This document shows, in pieces, positions 56,119-64,000 of a stretch of DNA of 64,000 nt. The DNA is from Schizochytrium sp. TIO01 (taxonomy: Eukaryota; Protista; Bigyra: Labyrinthulomycetes), in contig SMSO01000032.1 in NCBI GenBank assembly GCA_004764695.1, forward strand, positions 6,480,483 to 6,544,482, written 5' to 3'. The notes under the pieces are model-generated. The model saw nothing but the letters and a program-made list of their open reading frames with translations. It made no database searches and had not been told where the DNA came from. The first letter of the stretch is position 1. The number at the start of each line of letters is the position of its first letter. A program made the translations under genes and the position numbers.

Positions 56119-56505
56119 ATGCTCCGCGCTTGCGTGTTCTCAACCCCGGCCTGCGCCGCTCGCAGGAGGCTGACTGCTGCCATGCCGCGCATGATGATGT
56201 CCACAGAGGCCTCCGCAGAGGCTGCTGCTGCAGCGGAGTCTGGTGTGCCGCCTGAGGACCTCGAGTATGGAGCACCCGGCCAGACCATCCCGGTGAACAT
56301 CATGAAGGCCGGCGCTGACCCGGTCACTCTGCCCAAGAGCGAGTACCCTGAGTGGCTCTTCGAGCTCACCAAGCCTGAGGAGACTGAGAAGGAGCTCCTC
56401 CAGCGCAAGGATGAGGTCACCTGGAAATCCGGCGGTGCCAAGTACTTCCGCCGTAAGAACCGCCAGCGCATCAAGGACAACAACATGCGCGGAGACGCCT
56501 TGTAA
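56119..56505 (+). CDS. MRPL54: Mitochondrial large-subunit ribosomal protein mL54 (yeast MRPL37 family)
   Basis: The ATG at 56119 gives an Arg/Ala-rich, acid-free presequence (MLRACVFSTPACAARRRL). Family motif NIMKAGADP....SEYPEWLFEL and C-terminal RRKNRQRIKDNN. Strong GC3 bias. Confidence 0.88.
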   Translation: MLRACVFSTPACAARRRLTAAMPRMMMSTEASAEAAAAAESGVPPEDLEYGAPGQTIPVNIMKAGADPVTLPKSEYPEWLFELTKPEETEKELLQRKDEVTWKSGGAKYFRRKNRQRIKDNNMRGDAL

Positions 56506-58397
56506 GGACCTGCCTGCTCTCTTGCTTTACCTCACTGATGCGCTGCATCTTTACCTCACATCCGCTCCTCGATTGCAATTTTCATTACACTATCCACCAA
56601 GTCAACTTGTTATCGATCTGACCTATTAGAAAAATCAAAAGCGTACGTGCTTGTGATTTTTTTTCGAAGGGTCGACTTCTCGACGATACCTACAAAACTA
56701 ACTCCTCGATCGTGTCTACGCTCGTGCCCATTGAATTAACAAACTAGCTAGCTGACTGCACATGGGCTGGTTGGGTAAATACAATGGCATCTTCACGTAA
56801 GAGGTTTGTCTGGCCATCTAAGGCCTACATTTATTGCTCACAATATCACGCTGGGCTGCGCCACCGCGTGCATGGTGTTTTTTTGCTGCTTTTGCGCATG
56901 GCTTGGGACGAAATGAGCACTTGCTCAGGCACTGCGAAATGCCACGCGAAGGTTATAGTTTGTTTGCTACCGACTTAGATTTGCGATGATTTAGAACCGT
57001 AAATCTAATCAGCTGCCTGCAAATTAGGCGTTCTTCAGTGTTCAACAAGTAAATTTCCCATGTTGGTGCCGTTCTCACAGCTTTGGAAGGCTGCCTTGCA
57101 AAGTCCTTTTCCTTCTTTACAGAAAATAAAAACTAAAACACATTGATAATTTCAGGATTGTGCCATACTTGCTGAATCTTATTTCAATTAATTCCAAAGA
57201 GTAAACCGTGCATGTTACATTCACATCATATATAGATCTATATCTAGTGAAAGAAAGCTATTTTGGTTTACCAAAGAAATCGACCTTCATTTCGTGTATT
57301 CCTATATGAAAATTGGAAAATAGCATGAATTAACCTGTGAACCCTTCCATACAAGCATTGGATGTATTCTTCTTCTAAATTCAGAAACTCACGTTCTCCC
57401 GCCACCTCTCTATGAGATTGCGAACATCTCATTGTGAGCAATTCAGTTCCTGTGCTCTAACAGCATTGAGTAATTGTTTTGGCTAGAGTGTTTTCATCAA
57501 GCCAAAAAATTTTAACTCAGTACCAATGACAAAATGAAAGTGGTGCTCGAACATTTACAGTTTGGACGTATATCAGAATAATGTAAAGCCTTGCACATCT
57601 ACCTGCATTGATATATAACTTATAGCACGTTGTTCAGTGTTGATCGAGGGAGACTTTATTGCGGTTATTCTCATTGCAAGCCTACGAGGTCTCATCTCTC
57701 CCTTCTTCCTCTCCACTCCAGCGCTCACCGGCAGAATTGGCAATTTTTGCGCAACCCATTTCCTTCGCACCCCACATCGTCGTCTCAGTAGGTACGCCCA
57801 TTTCCCATAGTAAATTCTCCTCGACTCCAGACTGGCTGATATAATCATCACCGCTTCTACACCACTGCACTTCACATCTCACAATTCTCTTCCACTTCGC
57901 TTGTACTGACAGCCAAGTTTCTGCGAATGCCACAGTGATAGTTATTTCACTCCTCTTTACGGAACAGAGATGAATGTATGAATAAGTTCTATTTCCAACC
58001 TGTGAATCAATCTATTCTTTCCCATTCAAAGTCTTATGTTGTGATGCTAGGCTTGCGCCCTTTCCAGTGCTGATTATAATTTGGTAGTGACAGCGTGTAC
58101 TTTTCACTTAAGGTTTCCATCACCGTGATCGATCTATCCATATCTACCATCTACATAGTAGTACTAATTAGAGATCATATCTTTACTTCTTCTTCTTCTT
58201 CTTTATCTTCTTTTTGGTTGTGCTTGGAGCCATCGGGCGTGCGGTGACAGTAAACCCAAACGCGAATACACCGTAGACTCGCCAACTTAACAGTGCGAGT
58301 CTGTTGCGTGTCGTGGACTGCGAACATATCTGCAGCATTGTACTCTGTCTTGCTTGCAAGTTTAAGGTCGTAGTTTTATTGAACTTTGCTTGCCAGG

Positions 58398-59350
58398 ATG
58401 GCAGAAGAGGAGGATCCCTTCGGCTTCGGCGAAGAGAACCACGGCGAGATGTCGCACGAGGACGATATCAATGATCCGTTTCAAGAGGGAGACGATGAGG
58501 GACAGCCCTCTATCGATGCCTTTGGAGAATCTGATGACGTCGACGGCCAGGATGTAAGTTTGTATAATGACTTAATATTGTGATGACCGGCACTCTTTCG
58601 TCGGATACGTTGGTTAGGTGGTCTAAATAGGCGATTGTGAAGATCTCAATATTACATTCACCGTAGAGTTCTAATATCGATTAAATCCATAATCGTAAAG
58701 TAAAGTACTATGCCCTGAAATGACACGGGTAGGGGTGCGCATACTGTTTGGGATGATAAATCTTTTGTAGAGTCGGGATTCATGACTCACTTAAATTGGG
58801 ATTTTTGTATTTGGTTTGGTACGCGCTAAAACAGGCTTTCGAAGAATCTGAGGACCCTGCAGGTGGATACGCTGACCTTGGAGCTGATGAGGACTTTGGA
58901 GGACACGATGACATGATGGGAGGTGCAGACTTGCAAACTCAGCAGCAACAGCAGCAGCCGCAGCAGCAGAGTGCTCCTTCTGACGAGGATGCTGATGAAG
59001 ATGATGCAGCTTTGCGTGCTTTCCAGCGCAAGTGGGAGGCTGAGCTTAGTGAGAAGGATGCCAAAATGGAGGCTGAGCGCAAAGAAATGCTCGAGCGTGC
59101 CAAACAGGAACTTGAGCAATTTAAGGTTGACAAGCAAAAGGCTCTCGAAGAGAAGCAGAAAGCTAACCGTGCCCAGGAATCTGAGTTCCTCGAGGACATC
59201 AACGAGGCCCTTACTGCTGAAAACCCCTGGGAACGTATCCTCACCCTCGTAGACATTAACCAGAGTTCAAAGGAGGCCGGCGATCGCGATTTGGCTCGCC
59301 TACGGAAGATCTTCGTGCAGCTGAAGAACGACCCGCCTGCATCTAGCTAA
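58398..59350 (+). CDS. Clathrin light chain; exons 58398-58553 and 58835-59350
   Basis: Acidic N-terminus with DPF motifs. Helical ALRAFQRKW...EKDAK...AKQELEQF...NRAQE.EF segment, then NPWERIL.LVD and DLARLRKIFVQLK, all typical of the family. A phase-0 GT-AG intron joins the two track ORFs in frame. Confidence 0.88.
58554..58834 (+). other. Spliceosomal intron (281 nt) of clathrin light chain
   Basis: Donor GTAAGT at 58554; branch-like GCTAA followed by ACAG ending at 58834; reading frame restored. Confidence 0.85.
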
Positions 59351-59841
59351 CTGTTGGGGAAACTTTCTCGTCACCAATCTATGTCAATCACAACCACCAT
59401 CTTGTGCGATGAATCAATACATTTGTACTTGTCTTCTTGCACGCATTTGACTCCTCCCCTTCATGACAATCGTTAACTTGTCTTTGATCTGTCCTCTCAG
59501 TAGTCGATTCTATAGATTTTTGAGGAACCAAATAGAGCACCAAGTTTACGAAGCGGCAGGGGCCGCAACTATAGGTATAAATAAAGAATATATAGTACTC
59601 CACAAATTCGCATTCTCTACATTGCGATTTTTCAACTTCTCTCTTATCAATATAGGTTTATAGGCTCTTTTTTTTTGCAATAAAAAAAAACAAGTCGAAA
59701 TAAAAGCTTGCGAATACTGCATTTATTCCCAAGAATTGAAATTAAAGAAAAAAACAACCTTCAGATTGTATAGTCTTATGATCGGATAGATATAATCCAA
59801 AAACATCGTTGTATTTGTTTGTGTAAAAAAATATAAGGTTA

Positions 59842-60479
59842 TCACTCTTCATCTGCAGGTTTTTGCTGCTTCTGCTGAATTTCAGCAACCTGCTGCTGCA
59901 AGTTAGCGATCTCCGTCTGAAGTTTGCCTTTGGCAGCTTCCTTTTCTTTAAAAGTGTTATCCAAGCGCTCACTGTAATACCACACACAGCCCCACATTAA
60001 TGCAAAATAAGTTATGTCAGTCCCTATTCAACACTCGTGGATGTTCTTGCATAAAGGCTTTACTAAAAGTCATGTTTATGATAGGCACACTTGAAGCCAA
60101 TCTAATTCAAATCTCTCTCTCCCTCTCTCTCCACAAATCCTGCATTTATAATATGGAATAAGTGCATTCAAGAACTTTATCTATATTGAAATTTTCACCT
60201 GAAGCTCACTTACATTTCAGATTGCAGACGGTCCAAGCGCTGCTTGACCATAGCCTTTGCGTCTGCGAGGTCTACCTTTACAAGAACGGGTCCCATGGAC
60301 TTGAAGACTTCAGAGTCCTCATCAAGAATCTTTAGCTCACCCTCTACAGCCTGGTTCTCCATGAGCTGGGCACGAAGCTGCTCGGCCTGCTTGTTAAGCT
60401 GCTGTTGTTCCTCGTTCAGACCCTCATACTGCTTAATCAAGCTCTGTCCACGCTGCTCGATGGCATCCACCTCCGTCAT
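59842..60479 (-). CDS. PFDN6: Prefoldin subunit 6 (beta type); exons 60479-60214 and 59971-59842, 131 aa
   Basis: QLMENQAVEGELKILDEDSEVFKSMGPVLVKVDLADAKAMVKQRL matches the PFDN6/YKE2 pattern (QL.EN..V..EL..L.....V(F/Y)K..GPVLVK). After the intron the frame continues I-ERLDNTFKEKEAAK...PADEE*. Confidence 0.9.
59972..60213 (-). other. Spliceosomal intron (242 nt) of PFDN6
   Basis: Minus-strand donor GTAAGT at 60213 and acceptor TACAG ending at 59972. The phase-2 join AT|T encodes Ile and keeps the frame. Confidence 0.85.
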
Positions 60480-62300
60480 TGTGTTTATATCAAATTATGA
60501 ATCTAGGAGTCCTCCTTGTCTGTGGCAACGCCCATAAAACAGTCAGTCACGTCAAGAATAGATACAGAGCAAACACGCCATTATATCCAAAGCAGCCCCG
60601 AGTTATAGAGTGCACCAGCGATCAAGAACCCTCGTGGTATTAGTCTCCACATCATGAAATCACCACCTCGTTCACAAGCCAGGCACCCGAGAGCCCAAAT
60701 AAACCGTGGACAAACAAATAAACAAACGAACGATCGAACAAACGAACGATCGAAATAGAAGTTTGAGCTTCCGGATATCTCTCCAAAACTATGAGACTCT
60801 GCCGAATCAAGCTTCGGAAGTACATATCCCACTTCATGATGAACCTACCTCGCTCCGCGCACCAAGTCCTGCACAGAATTAGGTCTTGCGGAGTAAACTG
60901 TACTTCGATTCCTTCCTTCCTGTATCATCTATCTATCATCAGGGCGCTTCTTGCCAACGTCTTGCCGTTGGGCGCTTTGGGTACGATCGCATCGCCCCAC
61001 TCACCAATAGTGGGCTATTTAAGGTAAGTTCCCTGCGTTCCCGCTGCTTGCCTGGTGTCCATCCATTCGAATTAAAGGAGAGGGTAAGATTTTGGAGACT
61101 GGCATTTGACAAAGGCTTGGAGAAGGCAACTGAAGTAAGTGCAGAGAGGCAAATTCGGAGACTGTAGGGCCTAGCGAGTTAGAGAGAGGCTCTGGGTTTC
61201 AAAAAGACTGTTTGTAGCGCTTAAACACCAATTTTAATACTGAGATGTGACTGTGGAAATGACGAATTTAGAGACTTTTTACTTTGTTTTTATTAGATCT
61301 TTTAAACTCTAAAAATTGTTCACAGTGGTCTGCGAAGCAAAACTAGCCACGTACAATCCAAAACCAAAACCAAAACCAAAACTCTAACAATGGAAACAAG
61401 ATGACCGGGCGATGATAGATGCCTGTGACCACAGGTCTCATGGTATATTGATTCGTGGCCCTTGCTGTCAAACCCATGCTGTCCTGAAGCAAAGGTAAAC
61501 GAGCAGCGAGTAGCCTGGCATTGCTCTACCCTGACTGCCTACCATCCATGTGGGCTGTCCCTGGGTTGTTGCTGCTGTATTCAATAGTCGACTATTCACA
61601 ACCAATGACTCCTGCAGTTTAACTTCTCATGATAGAGTTAGCTCGAGACTTAGGTTTGCTAGTTGTCAGCGACTTGCATATGATTGTGAATATGCTCTGC
61701 GTCAGTCTTTTTCCATTCTGTACTATACTCCTTCAAAAATGCTGTTAAAGTTGATATAATGGTACGTTCAAAAGAATTTTTTAATGGGAAAAGGTAATCC
61801 TACAAACCCCCCTCCAAACAGCCGAGTGTTCTCTACATTTCCACGAGCTTCACCAACTCAAGAGGGGGAATAGTGCCAGGGGTAAGGTTGCGCAAATTTT
61901 ACTCTAAACGACAGCATACTGGGTGTCGCGCCATGGTGGCGACGCCTTTATGGTGCTGGCGGTCATTCAAAAGGCGGCTTTGCAAGGCCAATACCGATAA
62001 CGTTTGTGTCTGAGTTGTTGAACAAGAGAAGACTAACCTCAAACTTACTTTGACATCACAGAATCAGGAAACATTATTTTCTCAACCACATGAAACAACC
62101 TCGAATCCACTTTTTGCTGGAACCACTGTTTACCCCTCACAAGTATTTTTGATCCTGTAAAATTATATGTACCAAAGTTTCATAACTTCTGTTTTATAAT
62201 CCAACAAATGCTCTTTAATCATAGAAGGTGGCGACTCTTTATCTAATCTTCATGGATAAATCTTGTTCGATTTCTTTCCTTGGTTGTGTGGGTTTATCGC

Positions 62301-64000
62301 CTATTTTGAGCTCTCCAAGCGCTTTTTACATTCGCGAAGACCACCAGCACATTTGTAAGAAAGCATGTGGCTAAACGAAAAAGGCCGCTTCCGATTGTTG
62401 GCAAGTCGGGCAGACCTCTCAAAGAGCTCCTTTGCTTCTTCAAACTTTTTCTGCCGCATTTTGATAGCAGCCATTTCGTACATGGCCCAGGGCGGGGCGT
62501 ACATATCATTGACTGCAAGAGCAGCCATAAGAGCAGCATCTGCATCCTTGGGCTGAGTCAACGCCTCGAGGTCAGCCTCGGCAGTAGCTAAGTCGCCACA
62601 AAGTGCGGAAATGTGTGCCGCGACTAGCGTACAAGCCGCAAGCTCCTCCAACGCAACGGGATTAGCATCTTTCGGTACGTTCAAAAGATCACGCGGTGCC
62701 TCCAGTCCAGTCTCCTGAGCTATCTTGAGCACCTCGGCTTTACGCGCATTAAGCCATTTCAAATTAGCCTCGCGATCTTTGCCCAACACCGGAGAATAAC
62801 ACTTAAGATGGCCAAAGATATACAGAATTTCATAGCCGAGAAGCTGTTTGTGTGTTCGGCGCATAAGAGCCGCTTGTTTCAGCAAAATAGATTGATCCAT
62901 CCGCCCAAGATCAGGTTCATCGCCCATTACCTTGATTAGGTGTGCAGCCCTTTCATTGTCCGGCTCTGACTTCATGGCATAACAGGCTGAGAGGAGCGCT
63001 GTGGCGAGAACCTTGGCTCCAAACGTGCTCTCTGGTGCTGCAAGAGGCTCAAGCAGTTCGATAGTGGTATTGAACTCAAAGCCGACCATATGCAACGTGG
63101 CGCGGTCGTACTGCATGCGGTATGCATGAATATCAGACCGTCCTAAGGCATCAACCTCCTTAGTAGCTTTGGGCCCAATGTCATCAAGGATTTGCATTGC
63201 TGTTGTAAGCTCACCACGTCGACGTAAGATATGTGAAGCTACTAGCCTTGCGAGAATTGATTGAGGGTCGCGTGCCAGTTCCTTTGATATAGCGCTGTGA
63301 GCCTGCTCCATATGTTCTTTGATGTCGTCATTATATTCCTGCTGCGAAAGCATCAGGTGGTGAAGAGAAAGAATGATGGTGCCAAGCGTACTTGGCTCGT
63401 ATTCTGAAGACTTACATACAAGTGTAAGTTGGGCTAGACCAGCCTCTTTATCTGATTCGAAGCCAATTAGCGAGAACACCTTTTGCATAAATGGCGGAAG
63501 GTTACTTAACATGAGCAAAAATACGCCTCGAACAAGTTGTGCGAATTGAGCAGGATCTCCGTCTACAGGGTCTTGCGGCGCATTCCGTGCGAGGAGCCAC
63601 GAAGACCGCAAGGCCAACGCGCCCTTGAGCTGAGAATGTTTCATGAAAAGAGCGATAGCTTGAAAGAGATACATGAGCGCCTGCATACCGACAATACGCC
63701 TCCACTCTGCCAAAGCTGTGCGCGCCTCTTCACTAAATGCTTTGTAACTGTTTCCGGTCGTGTTCGAGCTCCATGGGTGTGAGTATGATGAAGTCCTGAG
63801 CATACTGAAGATTGAGGACCTCCCACTAGATGTGAGGCTAGAGAATTTCTTTTGTGCTGCATCAGACGCAGCGCTGCAGAGGTCTTCAGCTTTAGAGACA
63901 CGATCTAAACATGCATCGGCCAAATTGCGGTCTCCTGCAAGCATCAGTCGCATTATATTCGCCATCGCGTATCTTGACGCACATCCGTAATGTGCTTTAT
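62301..64000 (-). CDS. TTC39/IML2 family TPR protein, probably 5'-partial
   Basis: GVFLLMLSNLPP....VFSLIGFESDKEAGLAQL matches the TTC39/IML2 motif G.F.L.LS.LP......L..IGF.GD(K/R)..GL..L. Also KGAL.LR.SW and a C-terminal PWAMYEMA TPR. The frame stays open from the ATG at 63965 to the window edge (KAHYGCASRYA). Confidence 0.82.
   Translation of the reverse strand, partial: KAHYGCASRYAMANIMRLMLAGDRNLADACLDRVSKAEDLCSAASDAAQKKFSSLTSSGRSSIFSMLRTSSYSHPWSSNTTGNSYKAFSEEARTALAEWRRIVGMQALMYLFQAIALFMKHSQLKGALALRSSWLLARNAPQDPVDGDPAQFAQLVRGVFLLMLSNLPPFMQKVFSLIGFESDKEAGLAQLTLVCKSSEYEPSTLGTIILSLHHLMLSQQEYNDDIKEHMEQAHSAISKELARDPQSILARLVASHILRRRGELTTAMQILDDIGPKATKEVDALGRSDIHAYRMQYDRATLHMVGFEFNTTIELLEPLAAPESTFGAKVLATALLSACYAMKSEPDNERAAHLIKVMGDEPDLGRMDQSILLKQAALMRRTHKQLLGYEILYIFGHLKCYSPVLGKDREANLKWLNARKAEVLKIAQETGLEAPRDLLNVPKDANPVALEELAACTLVAAHISALCGDLATAEADLEALTQPKDADAALMAALAVNDMYAPPWAMYEMAAIKMRQKKFEEAKELFERSARLANNRKRPFSFSHMLSYKCAGGLRECKKRLESSK

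Noticed and set aside
1-64000. CRISPR arrays, operons, rRNA or snRNA genes
   Set aside because: No repeat-spacer periodicity or conserved RNA signature seen; the sequence is eukaryotic with spliceosomal introns.

Overview
Eukaryotic, intron-poor protist DNA. The gene style and microsatellite-rich spacers suggest a stramenopile such as a thraustochytrid/labyrinthulomycete, but that is inference. I find 11 protein genes: a 5'-truncated giant kinesin-3 with a C-terminal PH domain, whose last codons overlap those of a convergent UPF3-like gene; a TRIC/TMEM38-like channel; a P5A-type ATPase with a non-canonical TM4 motif (PRQLPVQ); a 2015-aa disordered protein with HTH + RST-like + TAZ-like + RING modules; a predicted myristoylated repeat protein; a MAP kinase kinase; mitoribosomal mL54; clathrin light chain and prefoldin 6 (one intron each); and a 5'-truncated TTC39/IML2 protein. 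About 19 kb (27.1-46.1 kb) directly upstream of the 2015-aa gene has no credible gene and is filled mostly with tetranucleotide repeats. The best candidate for an undescribed system is this single-chain 'DNA-binder/co-activator hub/SUMO-ubiquitin ligase' together with its oversized upstream region. No rRNA, tRNA, CRISPR array or intact mobile element was recognised. All domain calls come from reading motifs by eye, not from database searches.
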